Shown: one piece after another, positions 1-10,594 of the stretch
Numbering within the stretch: the stretch's first letter is position 1
How the letters are laid out: each line of letters starts with the position of its first letter
Assembly (NCBI GenBank): GCA_965205025.1
Contig: CBDBFU010000002.1
Span: 32,001 to 96,000 of the forward strand
Source of the DNA: Candidatus Poribacteria bacterium
Lineage (GTDB): Bacteria > Poribacteria > WGA-4E > WGA-3G
Length of the DNA: 64,000 nt
Direction of reading: 5' to 3'
The notes under the pieces: model-generated
What the model saw: only the letters and a program-made list of their open reading frames with translations
The model's database searches: none
Told to the model about the DNA's origin: nothing
Made by a program: the position numbers and the translations under genes

Positions 1-1426
1 TTACTTTGGTGTCGGAGTAATCATATTAGTTCTCGTATTTACATATTATGCGCGCCAAATATCTCGACTAAGTACTGAAATTGAGGCACAAATAGAGATT
101 TTCGTTAACCTTGCAATGGAATTACCAAGTATTGAAGATCGTGAACTGCAAGTACGGTTATTACGAGTAATGAAACAAGAGTTATATGCGGAAGGCAGGT
201 CCCGACGGTTTTCCTTTATTATTACCGATTCCAACGGAAATGTGGAGATTTCACAGGGGATTGACCCCAAATTAGACGAAAAAGTCAACGCAGACAACAT
301 TGTTTCGTTAACACAAAACGAACAAAATTTAATAACTTCAACCTTAGAACGTATGGAAAGCAAGAATCCTCCACGGAAGATTCCTTTCCTAAAAGAAGAT
401 AGAAAAATAACAGGATATTTTTACTACGGTGATGCTGCTCCCAGTGAAATGGCACTACTACCATTTGCGATCACTGACACAGAGAAAAAACCGCAGAAAT
501 GGCAGATGTGGAATGATGTCGTCACTACAGAAAATGCAACACCACAACAGATCGAACGTGCGAATATCTTTGTGCAAAATACACCCGCATTCGCGCCTAT
601 TCAAATAACTCCAGAATGGCAAGACGGGTACTTTTATTATGAAATAAAATCATTCTTCGGATTATTAGTTACACCTATTCTAACCTCGGTAATTTTACCA
701 CTTTTTGCGTTTGTTTCAATTCTTATATATCGAAGAATAAAAGCCTATGAACTCGCGGCTATTTGGGGAGGATTAGCTAAAGAAACAGCACATCAACTAA
801 GTACACCAATTTCTGCTTTACTCGCCTGGACAGAATTGTTGGAGGAACGAAACAAGGAAACTGATGATAAAGTCTTGGCAGAACTCTCTACAAACATGCA
901 GAATGACTTAGAACGGCTGCAGAAAACTACTACAAGGTTTGGCATGATTGGTACAGAACCTACCAAAACACAGGTCAACCTTAAAGAAGTCCTTGAGGAA
1001 GTCCTTACATATTTTGAGAAACGACTACCTCAGATTAGTCGAAGTGTTGATATTACTGTCACATCCCATGATGTTCCCGATATATCCGCAAATGCACATT
1101 TACTACAATGGGTTTTTGAAAACCTAGTACGCAATTCGTTGGACGCAATGCAAAAAGAGGTCGGACACATTAAAATTGAACCACTTTATGATGAACGGCA
1201 AAGGAATGTCGTCATTCGATATTCTGACGATGGGTCCGGTATCCCTACTGAGAATCAACATTCCATCTTTGAACCAGGGATGACAACAAAAGCACACGGA
1301 TGGGGGCTCGGATTAACAATCGTACAACGAATTATTCAAGAGTATCACCATGGGAGCATTCGGCTAATTGAAAGCAGTCCACAAGGGACAACTTTTGAAA
1401 TACGATTGCCGTCTTCTCTCCCTTAA
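1..1426 (+). CDS. Membrane sensor histidine kinase (HisKA + HATPase_c), 5'-partial; candidate PorY-like partner of the downstream regulator
   Basis: Frame is open from base 2 (YFGVGVIILVLVFTYY, hydrophobic), so the start lies upstream of the window. H-box ETAHQLSTP, N-box ENLVRNSLDA, G1 DDGSGI, G2 GWGLGL. Confidence 0.9.
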   Translation, partial: YFGVGVIILVLVFTYYARQISRLSTEIEAQIEIFVNLAMELPSIEDRELQVRLLRVMKQELYAEGRSRRFSFIITDSNGNVEISQGIDPKLDEKVNADNIVSLTQNEQNLITSTLERMESKNPPRKIPFLKEDRKITGYFYYGDAAPSEMALLPFAITDTEKKPQKWQMWNDVVTTENATPQQIERANIFVQNTPAFAPIQITPEWQDGYFYYEIKSFFGLLVTPILTSVILPLFAFVSILIYRRIKAYELAAIWGGLAKETAHQLSTPISALLAWTELLEERNKETDDKVLAELSTNMQNDLERLQKTTTRFGMIGTEPTKTQVNLKEVLEEVLTYFEKRLPQISRSVDITVTSHDVPDISANAHLLQWVFENLVRNSLDAMQKEVGHIKIEPLYDERQRNVVIRYSDDGSGIPTENQHSIFEPGMTTKAHGWGLGLTIVQRIIQEYHHGSIRLIESSPQGTTFEIRLPSSLP

Positions 1427-1445
1427 TCAGTTTCAAGGAAATAAT

Positions 1446-3020
1446 ATGGCACAAAAAGCCTATACAATCTTATGGATTGATGATGAAATAGAGGCATTAC
1501 TTCCACATAGACGTTTGCTTGAAACACGCGGATATGATGTCACACCCGCAACAAACGGTGAGGATGGAATTGAACTTCTAAAACAGAATAAGAAGGGATA
1601 CGATGCTATCCTTCTTGATCAAGTCATGCCAGGAATAGATGGCATGGCTACACTTGACTCTATTCGAACAATAAATACACAAGTACCGGTAATTCTTGTA
1701 ACACAGACCAGCGATGACCAATTTATTGATGTGGCTCTCGGAAAACAAGTGACAGATTTCTTGGTAAAACCTATTGGAGTCGCACAAATCGCTTCCACTC
1801 TCAAACGCGTACTTGAACAACAACAAATCGTTGAGACCCAAATCCCGGGTCGCTATACTAATGACTTTAATACGATTAGCACACTAAAGGCATCACAACC
1901 CTCTTGGCAAGACTGGATTGATATCTATCTCAAATTAGTTGAATGGGATCTTCTTTCTGACCGATTAGCAGAACAAGGCTTAGAAGAAACTCACTTAGAA
2001 CAAAAGAAAGAATGTAATACAGAATTCTCTGATTTTGTTGAAGATAATTATCCACACTGGGTTAATGGAAGCCAAGATAAACCTCCATTGTCTGTTGATG
2101 TCTTAGACCAACACGTATTGCCACTAATTCAAGCCGATGTCCCCCTTTACTTTATTGTGGTTGATTGCTTTCGACTTGATCATTGGTTGGCAATAGAACC
2201 GCTGTTATATCCTTATTTCTCCGTAGATAGAAAATATAGTTTTTCCATCTTGCCAAGTGCAACTATGTACGCTCGAAATGCACTATTTAGTGGCCTGTTT
2301 CCGTCTGAATTGGCAAAGGAATACCCGCAATATTGGCAGGAAAAATCTGAAGGAGCTACCAGCACAAACCAGTTTGAACGACAACTACTTGAAGAGTATT
2401 TAAAAAGGAATGGAATCCGGCTTAAACCCGGTGTCCAATATTTCAAGATTTTTGATTTACGCGGAGGAAATGAGTACAAAAAAAGGGTTGCAGCCGCAAC
2501 GCGTGTCAGTTTATCAGCATTAGTTGTCAACTTTATTGATATATTAACACACCAACGGTCACAATCTGAAGTATTACAACAACTCGCACCGGATGAATCA
2601 GCTTTTAGAGAAGTAGCTCGCTCATGGTTCGCACATTCTGTCCTGTTTGATATCTTACGGTCTATATCGGAGCAAGGTATACATGTGGTACTTACCACTG
2701 ATCACGGGTCAGAATTCTGTAATCGAGCTACACGCGCATACGGGAATCGTGATACAAGTACAAGTCTCCGCTTTAAAATTGGCAATAATTTAGCATGCGA
2801 TGATAATCAAGCTGTATATATTTCAAACCCAAAGGAATATAAGCTGCCAGCAGAGAACGCAAGTAAAGATTATATACTCGCAAAAGACGACTATTACTTC
2901 GTCTATCCAAACGAATTTTATAAATACAAGAGGCAGTTTCAGGGTGGGTTCCAACATGGTGGTATTTCAATGGGAGAACTCATAACACCCGTAGTGACTT
3001 TAACGCCAAAGAACGCGTAG
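1446..3020 (+). CDS. porX: PorX-like response regulator: receiver domain + PglZ/alkaline-phosphatase-superfamily domain
   Basis: Receiver motifs ILWIDDE, LLDQVMPG, FLVKP; PglZ motifs VVDCFR, LPSAT, LTTDHG, FQHGG. ATG 1446 after AAGGA is preferred over the ORF-track start at 1368. Confidence 0.85.
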   Translation: MAQKAYTILWIDDEIEALLPHRRLLETRGYDVTPATNGEDGIELLKQNKKGYDAILLDQVMPGIDGMATLDSIRTINTQVPVILVTQTSDDQFIDVALGKQVTDFLVKPIGVAQIASTLKRVLEQQQIVETQIPGRYTNDFNTISTLKASQPSWQDWIDIYLKLVEWDLLSDRLAEQGLEETHLEQKKECNTEFSDFVEDNYPHWVNGSQDKPPLSVDVLDQHVLPLIQADVPLYFIVVDCFRLDHWLAIEPLLYPYFSVDRKYSFSILPSATMYARNALFSGLFPSELAKEYPQYWQEKSEGATSTNQFERQLLEEYLKRNGIRLKPGVQYFKIFDLRGGNEYKKRVAAATRVSLSALVVNFIDILTHQRSQSEVLQQLAPDESAFREVARSWFAHSVLFDILRSISEQGIHVVLTTDHGSEFCNRATRAYGNRDTSTSLRFKIGNNLACDDNQAVYISNPKEYKLPAENASKDYILAKDDYYFVYPNEFYKYKRQFQGGFQHGGISMGELITPVVTLTPKNA

Positions 3021-3239
3021 TCCTCCATCATACCACTTCCAGCCTAAAATTGACATTGATAACGTAAGACTATGGACATTACAATTTTTCGTTTACGGAA
3101 TATGGAACAACGTTCCTACATTAATGGGTTAATCTGGTCTATACCCACCATCTTTTTACAAAACTGCCGCTTCTTAAAATGATTTATATCATTAACCGAG
3201 ATGTCTATAAAAAAGGCATGATAGGAGGAAACGGTAATA

Positions 3240-4790
3240 ATGGAGAAGGAGATACTTATATCTGATGATGAATATGAAACACGGTGTGCTGTACTTGAAG
3301 AAGGCATACTAAATGAAATTCATATAGAGAGAAAAGCAGTAAAACCTGTTTTAGGGAATCTATACAAAGGACGCGTTGAGAATGTACTACCAGGAATGCA
3401 AGTCGCATTTGTAGACATCGGTTTAGAACGGCACGCATTTCTGCATATTTCTGACCTCAAACACAACAATGGAGATGAAAACGGAAAGGCTGATGATGAA
3501 TTACCAACCTTAGACATGCAATCGACTACACCCCCCAAATCCCGTGGTGGTAGAGGATTCCCATTTCTCATCACAGATCTTATTTCTAAAAATCAGGAAC
3601 TCCTTGTACAGGTAAGGAAAGAGCCTATTGGAAGTAAAGGAGCACGTGTTACAAGTAATATCACACTTCCAGGACGCTATGTCGTTTATCTACCTAACTC
3701 TTCAACTATAGGGGTTTCACGTAGAATCGAATCCGCTACTGAACGAGATCGATTGCGAGATATGGCGCAAAACTTGAAGGCTGATGTTGAAGGTGGGTTT
3801 ATAATACGAACTGCATCTGAAGGTTTGAGTGAGGAAGAATTCGCTGCTGAAATACGCTACCTAATTAATCAGTGGAAACAAGCACGGGAACGCGCAAAAC
3901 GAAAATCCGCTCCCAGTTTAGTGAGTCGAGACGTAAGCTTTACAAATCGAATTGTCCGCGATATGTTTACCAAGGAGGTTAAAACACTTCTAATTGATTC
4001 ACAATCAAGTTATCAAGAGACTATTGACTATGTAACTTCTGTAATGCCGGGTCTAAAGGATCGGATTTCACTCTACAATGAAGATACCACCCTTTTTGAA
4101 GCATACGGCGTTGAAAAGGAATTGAAAAAAGCATTGAGTGAGAAAATATGGCTCAAGTGTGGTGGACATATCATCATACAGCAAACAGAAGCAATGGTTT
4201 CAATTGATGTTAACACAGGACGGTTTGTTGGACAATCTGACCCAGATGACACAATCCTAAGCGCAAACCTTGAAGCCGTGGAAGAGGTGGTACGGCAAAT
4301 CCAACTACGGGATTTAGGTGGAATAATCGTAGTTGATTTCATTGATATGGACGAACCTGCACACAGGAAACAGGTTTTCAAACTCCTACAAGAAGCACTA
4401 CGCAAAGACAAGGCACGGACTAACATCCTTCATTTTTCTGATTTGGGTTTGGTCGAAATGACCCGACAACGGACCAGACCAAGTCTGTCCACTTTATTGA
4501 CAGAACAATGTCCATATTGTGAAGGACACGGCACGATTTTGTCTATCGAAACTGTTGCAATTGGATTGTTCCGTGCAATCAAAGTAGCACACCTGCAAAC
4601 ACGTCAATCCAAACTTCGGATTATCGCCAACGACCACATTATTTCACATCTCAATTCACAGATGTCAGCAAAATTCCGCGAACTCAAACGATCCTTGAAA
4701 CTGGAATTGACTCTCGAACCTGATGCCGATTTGCATCTTGAAGACTATCGTATATTCGCTGCAAATGGTGAAGAGCTGTTTTTAAACTGA
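3240..4790 (+). CDS. rng: Ribonuclease G / Rne-Rng family
   Basis: S1 domain GNLYKGRV..PGMQVAFVDIG; IDVNTG and GGIIVVDFIDM catalytic motifs; CPYCEG zinc link; RBS AGGAGG. Confidence 0.93.
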   Translation: MEKEILISDDEYETRCAVLEEGILNEIHIERKAVKPVLGNLYKGRVENVLPGMQVAFVDIGLERHAFLHISDLKHNNGDENGKADDELPTLDMQSTTPPKSRGGRGFPFLITDLISKNQELLVQVRKEPIGSKGARVTSNITLPGRYVVYLPNSSTIGVSRRIESATERDRLRDMAQNLKADVEGGFIIRTASEGLSEEEFAAEIRYLINQWKQARERAKRKSAPSLVSRDVSFTNRIVRDMFTKEVKTLLIDSQSSYQETIDYVTSVMPGLKDRISLYNEDTTLFEAYGVEKELKKALSEKIWLKCGGHIIIQQTEAMVSIDVNTGRFVGQSDPDDTILSANLEAVEEVVRQIQLRDLGGIIVVDFIDMDEPAHRKQVFKLLQEALRKDKARTNILHFSDLGLVEMTRQRTRPSLSTLLTEQCPYCEGHGTILSIETVAIGLFRAIKVAHLQTRQSKLRIIANDHIISHLNSQMSAKFRELKRSLKLELTLEPDADLHLEDYRIFAANGEELFLN

Positions 4791-4806
4791 GTATATTGAA
4801 AAAGAT

Positions 4807-4840
4807 TTGACATTTGACCTAAAATATGACATTATATAAT
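4807..4840 (+). promoter_or_regulatory. Putative sigma70 promoter of rplU-rpmA
   Basis: TTGACA (4807-4812) with CATTAT 17 bp downstream; TATAAT at 4835-4840. Confidence 0.5.
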
Positions 4841-4976
4841 TGTCTGCATAAAATATGGATGGATAGGTGCGTCCATGCTCCCAAACAAGTTTCAGACATA
4901 TCCAGATGGAGCATAATTAAAAAAAGAAGCCCGATGAACTTTAAGGGATTCTACACCTAAAAGGAGTGAAAAGAAA

Positions 4977-5315
4977 ATGTACGCTGTATTTGCAAGTGGT
5001 GGGAAACAACATCGAGTTGAAGTAGGAAGTCTCATAGATGTAGAGAAAATAGACAATACCGTTGGTGAAACGGTTACGTTTCCTTCCGTTTTATTAGTTG
5101 CCGGTGATGATGGACAATTACAAACCGGTACACCTTATCTTGATAACATTTCAGTTACAGGTGAAGTCGTTCAACAATCTCGAGCCAAAAAAGTTATCGT
5201 ATTTAAATCTAAGCGTAGAAAAGGTTATAAACGCAAATTAGGTCATCGTCAATCCTTCACAAGAATAAAAATTACTGGAATTGGTGACCAGGAGGTAGAA
5301 TCTGATGGCACATAA
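4977..5315 (+). CDS. rplU: 50S ribosomal protein L21
   Basis: [14 protein letters not shown] ... [21 protein letters not shown]. Confidence 0.97.
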   Translation: MYAVFASGGKQHRVEVGSLIDVEKIDNTVGETVTFPSVLLVAGDDGQLQTGTPYLDNISVTGEVVQQSRAKKVIVFKSKRRKGYKRKLGHRQSFTRIKITGIGDQEVESDGT

Positions 5316-5571
5316 AAAGGGTGGTGGGCATACACGCAATGGTCGTGACAGTATCGGCAAACGGCTTGGTGTCAAGAGATTTGCTGGAAGTTATGTTACT
5401 GCCGGAAGTATACTCGTACGACAACGTGGAACGCATTTACACGCAGGCACAAACGTAGGTGTTGGTAGGGACTATACGCTCTTCTCAAAAATTGATGGCT
5501 ACGTCTCGTTTGAGAGAAAAGACAAATTCCGCCGTAAGGTGAGTGTCTACACTGAGCGTCCTGCTTACTAA
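5305..5571 (+). CDS. rpmA: 50S ribosomal protein L27
   Basis: [31 protein letters not shown]. Confidence 0.98.
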   Translation: MAHKKGGGHTRNGRDSIGKRLGVKRFAGSYVTAGSILVRQRGTHLHAGTNVGVGRDYTLFSKIDGYVSFERKDKFRRKVSVYTERPAY

Positions 5572-5580
5572 GAGCATATC

Positions 5581-5612
5581 AAAAAGCCTCACCTCAATGT
5601 GGGGCTTTTTTG
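5581..5612 (+). terminator. Intrinsic terminator after rpmA
   Basis: AAAAAGCCTCAC-loop-GTGGGGCTTTTTT hairpin with T tract. Confidence 0.8.
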
Positions 5613-5702
5613 TTTGTTTCTATTCCATTGTAAAAAATCATTTCTGTTTAACAACATATCTGTAGATTATCTAACCCAACAAATTAATACAAAGGATATA
5701 CC

Positions 5703-6107
5703 GTGAAAAGGCTAATTCTACTCCTTTTTATACCCGTGCTATTTGGATGTGGTAATAAGCAAATCAAGATATTAGCAGAAGAAACAATGGACAACGCGCG
5801 GACAAGTATAACAATAGCTGAAAAACACGGAGCACGCGATGTAGCAGTTAATGAGATCAATGCCGCTGAAGAGATGTTATCCAATGCAGAATCCGCTCAC
5901 TTTGCCGGGGATATTGAAAGAGCCTATCGCTTAGCACTACGGGCATATCTTCACGCAAGAATAGCAACTGAGAAATCAATCGCTTCACAGCATGAGGAAA
6001 ATGTTACGGAAGCACAAGCATTATTAAATTACGGACAAAAGATAACAGAGGAAGCTGTGGAAAAACTGGATACTTTAAAAGTAGAACTCTCAAACATGAA
6101 GAAATAA
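5703..6107 (+). CDS. Lipoprotein, DUF4398-like helical domain
   Basis: Signal peptide with lipobox LFGC; Ala-rich helical repeat of the kind usually found upstream of OmpA-family genes. Confidence 0.7.
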   Translation: MKRLILLLFIPVLFGCGNKQIKILAEETMDNARTSITIAEKHGARDVAVNEINAAEEMLSNAESAHFAGDIERAYRLALRAYLHARIATEKSIASQHEENVTEAQALLNYGQKITEEAVEKLDTLKVELSNMKK

Positions 6108-6113
6108 GGGTAA

Positions 6114-7760
6114 ATGCCAATGCGTGTTTATGTATGGTTATTTCTATTAACATGTACACTTTATTGTGGGTGTTGGACTGTTAAAATTGGTGATGGTATT
6201 ATCTTAGACACACAATTACAAAACGCTCAAGATTCCATCTCTAAAGCAGCAGAATTGGATGCTGAACAGTTAGCATCTGATGAATATAGCCGCGCAATTA
6301 AGCTTCTGAAATTTTCTCAACAGGCTCAGGAAAGTGGAGATTTCGCGCAAAGCATAGAGTTCGCACATCAGGCAGAACTTGTAGGATATATCGCTCTGTA
6401 TCAGGCAAAGCAACAGCAATTCCGTCAACAACTCATTGATACAAAAGAATTGATATATGAAGAACAACTTACACAGAAAGATCTTGAGTTGGATATGGAG
6501 AAGACTCGAAATGAGATAAAATCCATTGAAGTTGATCAAGCTTTGAAGAAAATTGAAAAGGAACAGCAAAATGCCGGTTCATTGGCAGCTGAATTGACAG
6601 AGACGAAAAAGTCTCTACGACAGACAGAAATTAGTGTTCCGATTACCGCAACTGAAATCTATGTCCGTATAGCCACACAGTTATTTCCAGAAATAATGAA
6701 TACACCTGAGTATGAAAAAGTTCAGTCCAGTATAAAACTTGCCACATCTCATCTTGAACGGGAAGAATTCCCCGATGCAGAAAAAGTCGCAACCGATGCT
6801 CAAACAGAAGCGAATACTCTTTTTGAACTGGCAATTCTGAAGCAAACAGAACAAAATACTGCTAAAATCGCTGCTCTCATCTCTATCATTCGAGTAGAAG
6901 TAAAAGCAAAGCGTGCGGAAGCACTAAATGCCGACACACATACCCCTCAACAATTCCAACAATTGCAAAATCAGTTGGATAATGCTAACAAATCATTTGA
7001 AGAGAATGACTATGAAAAAGCACTGCAAATTGCCCAAGCTGCTGAGTTTACTGCGGATAAAGTAATTGCAAATACAGAAATATCTGAATTTCGGCAGCGC
7101 GCACAACAAGAACATGCAGCAAAAGTAAAAAGTGCACAACAAGCATTTTCTAATCTTAAGGCTGCAATAGCGGAACAGACAGAAACCAAAGTCCCACAAT
7201 TCGCCCCACAATTGTTTGAACTTGCCACAACTTCTCTAACATCTGCTGAAGCTGCGTTTGCTACAAAGGAATACACCAAGGTTGTTGAAAGTGCACAAGC
7301 AGGACAGGATTACTTAAAACGCGCAATTGAAAAAGCAGAAAATCAAGGATCTGCTCAAGAAAGTCTGGTTGAAGCTTTCAGAGAAATCCCAAAAGCAAGA
7401 ATAATAGATCTTGAAGAAGGTGTCCTTGTTCGGATTAGTGGAGGATTGTTTGCCACTACCAGCACCCAACTTAAAGAGGCATTTTTCCCCACCTTCCTGA
7501 AACTTGCATCCGTTCTACAGCAAGATGAACTCAAAGAATATGTTATAAGAATCGAAGGACATAGTGATTCACTTGGAGATGCAAAAACAAACGAAGCATT
7601 GACTGATAAGCGTGCAAATTCAATTAAACAATTCCTTGTTGACAAAGGACAGATCTCAGCTGATCGTCTAACTGCTATTGGTTTAGGTGAATCCAAACCA
7701 ATAGACACGAACTCACAGGCAAAGAACCGTAGGATTGACATCTATATTCGCAAACCATAG
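6114..7760 (+). CDS. OmpA-family peptidoglycan-binding protein with repeated DUF4398-like/coiled-coil segments
   Basis: C-terminal IEGHSDSLG..NEALTDKRA..GLGESKP..KNRRIDI; N-terminal signal peptide with Cys. Confidence 0.85.
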   Translation: MPMRVYVWLFLLTCTLYCGCWTVKIGDGIILDTQLQNAQDSISKAAELDAEQLASDEYSRAIKLLKFSQQAQESGDFAQSIEFAHQAELVGYIALYQAKQQQFRQQLIDTKELIYEEQLTQKDLELDMEKTRNEIKSIEVDQALKKIEKEQQNAGSLAAELTETKKSLRQTEISVPITATEIYVRIATQLFPEIMNTPEYEKVQSSIKLATSHLEREEFPDAEKVATDAQTEANTLFELAILKQTEQNTAKIAALISIIRVEVKAKRAEALNADTHTPQQFQQLQNQLDNANKSFEENDYEKALQIAQAAEFTADKVIANTEISEFRQRAQQEHAAKVKSAQQAFSNLKAAIAEQTETKVPQFAPQLFELATTSLTSAEAAFATKEYTKVVESAQAGQDYLKRAIEKAENQGSAQESLVEAFREIPKARIIDLEEGVLVRISGGLFATTSTQLKEAFFPTFLKLASVLQQDELKEYVIRIEGHSDSLGDAKTNEALTDKRANSIKQFLVDKGQISADRLTAIGLGESKPIDTNSQAKNRRIDIYIRKP

Positions 7761-7842
7761 TGAGCTATAAATTATTACAAAGACACACAAGGTTACAACT
7801 CTTGTATGTTTTGAATCGATATAATACAGGCAACCACACGTA

Positions 7843-8124
7843 GTGGCTAAGATTGTAATTGAACCTTATATCGTGCATCAAATCGCTCAAAACCTGTTCG
7901 GGGACCGGTATATTATAATTTATGAGAATACCATTCAGTTTCATAACCACTGTTACCATGTACAAACAATCGTTGGAACAGATCATCCTCACTACGGATG
8001 TTACTACCTACAAGACGCCAATACAAACTTAGCGATGTGGAACGATGAGACCTTCGCACCTATAGGGTATTACGGTGTTATTTTTGACCCAGAAACAGGA
8101 AATATTATTGCCTGTGAACCGTAA
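7843..8124 (+). CDS. Hypothetical small His/Tyr/Cys-rich protein
   Basis: 93-aa ORF filling the gap between the OmpA gene and guaA on the same strand; no family recognised. Confidence 0.6.
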   Translation: MAKIVIEPYIVHQIAQNLFGDRYIIIYENTIQFHNHCYHVQTIVGTDHPHYGCYYLQDANTNLAMWNDETFAPIGYYGVIFDPETGNIIACEP

Positions 8125-8189
8125 TTCTATTTTAATCTATATAATCAAATTTCCCACTACATCAACCAAACAGACAATGGAGAAATAAG

Positions 8190-9731
8190 ATGAGGCGAGA
8201 CACTATCGTCGTTTTAGACTTTGGCTCGCAATATACACAGTTAATAGCACGGCGAATCCGAGAACAACAAATTTACTGTGAGATCCAACCCTATACTCTT
8301 CCACTTAATGAACTAAAGGATTTAGAACCGAAGGGAATTATCCTTTCAGGTGGTCCCGCGAGTGTCTATGAGGATAATGCCCCACTAATAGATGCTTCCG
8401 TTTTTAACCTTGGTATACCTGTATTAGGTATCTGTTACGGTATGCAGCTTATTGCCTATCTATTAGAAGAAGGGAAAGTTCATCCTGCCTCTGAACGTGA
8501 ATATGGAAATGCACAGCTTCAACTAAACGCCGAATCTAACCGTCTATTTAATGGTTTACCCTCAGACATTACAGCATGGATGAGTCACGGCGATAAGATT
8601 GACTGTCTTCCTACTGGATTCCATACAATTGCACAAACACAAAATTCTCCTGTCGCTGCAATGGTTGATTCTAAAGGGATGTTATATGGGTTGCAATTTC
8701 ACCCCGAGGTAGAACATACACGAGATACTGATAAAATACTATACAACTTCGCACGACAAATCTGCGAATGTGAACCTGAATGGACGATGGACTCCTTTAT
8801 TACAGAGGCTATATCACAAATTCAAGAGACAGTTAAAGATGAAAAAGTTTTGTGTGCCGTCAGTGGGGGTATAGATTCTATGGTCTTGGCAACACTTCTT
8901 CATCAAGCAATAGACAATCAATTGGTCTCTGTTTTTGTCGATAACGGCTTACTCCGTCAGAATGAAGTAGAGCAAGTATTGTCAACATGTGAGATGATCG
9001 GGATTAATATAGAATTTGTGGATGCCACTGAATCCTTTCTAACAGCATTAACTGGTGTTGTAGATCCTGAACAGAAACGAAAGGTGATTGGAGCACAATT
9101 TATCGAAACCTTCAGGTCAAAAGTCAGACAGCTTGGTCCTTGTAGGTTTTTGGCACAAGGAACTCTATATCCAGATGTCATAGAAAGCGTTTCTACCAAG
9201 GGACCTTCATCCACAATAAAAACTCACCACAACGTTGGAGGACTCCCTCCTGACATGCCGTTTGAACTCATTGAACCATTCCGTGAGTTATTCAAGGACG
9301 AGGTGCGAAAAGTGGGAGCAGAATTGGATGTTCCATCATACGTACTTGGAAGACATCCGTTTCCCGGTCCTGGACTTGCTGTAAGAATTCTGGGAGAGGT
9401 AACACCAGAACGGTTAGAAGTCCTACGCTCCGCCGATGCAATTTTTATCCAAGAAATCAAAGATGCCGGTCTATACGATGAAATCTGGCAGGCGTTAGTT
9501 GTACTCCTACCTGTGAAAAGTGTCGGTGTGATGGGAGATGAACGAACCTACGAAAACGCTGTTGCGCTTCGCGCTGTTACAAGTAGTGATGCAATGACTG
9601 CCGATTGGGCAAGAATACCGGATGATGTGTTAGCGAGAATCTCTACACGCATTATTAATGAAGTAAAAGGTATCAATCGCGTAGTATACGATATCAGTTC
9701 AAAACCACCCAGTACCATTGAATGGGAGTAA
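8190..9731 (+). CDS. guaA: GMP synthase (glutamine-hydrolysing)
   Basis: LDFGSQYTQLIARR, GICYGMQ, QFHPEV, SGGIDS, HPFPGPGLAVR, KPPSTIEWE. Confidence 0.98.
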   Translation: MRRDTIVVLDFGSQYTQLIARRIREQQIYCEIQPYTLPLNELKDLEPKGIILSGGPASVYEDNAPLIDASVFNLGIPVLGICYGMQLIAYLLEEGKVHPASEREYGNAQLQLNAESNRLFNGLPSDITAWMSHGDKIDCLPTGFHTIAQTQNSPVAAMVDSKGMLYGLQFHPEVEHTRDTDKILYNFARQICECEPEWTMDSFITEAISQIQETVKDEKVLCAVSGGIDSMVLATLLHQAIDNQLVSVFVDNGLLRQNEVEQVLSTCEMIGINIEFVDATESFLTALTGVVDPEQKRKVIGAQFIETFRSKVRQLGPCRFLAQGTLYPDVIESVSTKGPSSTIKTHHNVGGLPPDMPFELIEPFRELFKDEVRKVGAELDVPSYVLGRHPFPGPGLAVRILGEVTPERLEVLRSADAIFIQEIKDAGLYDEIWQALVVLLPVKSVGVMGDERTYENAVALRAVTSSDAMTADWARIPDDVLARISTRIINEVKGINRVVYDISSKPPSTIEWE

Positions 9732-10594
9732 GTCGGGTGAGAGTCCGAAACTATCAGGATGTATTAGATAGAATCCTTCCCGCCATAGAAAAATCTGAAC
9801 TGTTAACAATTTGCCACCATTCTAATTCAACACCAACACCTTCAAACTGTCTATCTTATCCCTTATACTGCATCCGATATACAGTTAAACATTCCAATTC
9901 CCCTTTAGTGTATGTATCTGCAGGTATTCATGGGGACGAACCCGCGGGAGTTGAATGTGCTGTCCGTCTTATTGAGCAACTTTCCGATAATCAGCGATAT
10001 AAATACTGGGATTTCTTGTTAGATACGTATAACTGGATGATCTCCCCATGTGACAATCCTTATGGATATGAACGAGACATGCGTGAAAACTCCGTAGGAC
10101 TTGACTTAAATCGTATGTTTGAAACACCTGGACACGCAAAAGAAACAGAGTTTATCGTTGAATCCTTAAAACGAAATCAACAACAAAAACACATCAGTAG
10201 TGATGAGGGTAGTGAACGGTTAACAATAAACCTTGCACTTGATCTCCACGAGGATATGGATAGTGCAGGATTTTACTTGTGGGAACGACGGAGAACTTAT
10301 CATACACCAATAGGTGATGCTATCGTAAATAAGGTCAATTCAGTATGTAGTATAAATCGGACATCCACAATAGAAGGACATCATAATATTAATGGAGTGA
10401 TAACCTTACTGGATCAAATTACATCAAAAGGATGGACACGGGGTAGGTATTTAGCAGAATACGAAAACACTCCGTGTCTAATCCTTGAAACACCTACCCG
10501 TTTAACTTGGGACACGCGCATTACTGCACACATGATGGCTGTGCAAACAGCAATTGATATGTTACTGGGAACACCATTGAAAACGGAATTATGA
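9722..10594 (+). CDS. M14-type zinc peptidase / succinylglutamate desuccinylase-aspartoacylase family
   Basis: AGIHGDEPAG, NPYG, DLNR, LDLHED, ETP motifs. The real start may be GTG 9737. Confidence 0.8.
   Translation: MGVSRVRVRNYQDVLDRILPAIEKSELLTICHHSNSTPTPSNCLSYPLYCIRYTVKHSNSPLVYVSAGIHGDEPAGVECAVRLIEQLSDNQRYKYWDFLLDTYNWMISPCDNPYGYERDMRENSVGLDLNRMFETPGHAKETEFIVESLKRNQQQKHISSDEGSERLTINLALDLHEDMDSAGFYLWERRRTYHTPIGDAIVNKVNSVCSINRTSTIEGHHNINGVITLLDQITSKGWTRGRYLAEYENTPCLILETPTRLTWDTRITAHMMAVQTAIDMLLGTPLKTEL

Noticed and set aside
1446-3020. PglZ domain as part of a BREX system
   Set aside because: It is fused to a receiver domain beside a histidine kinase (PorX architecture), and no brxC, pglX or brxL is present.
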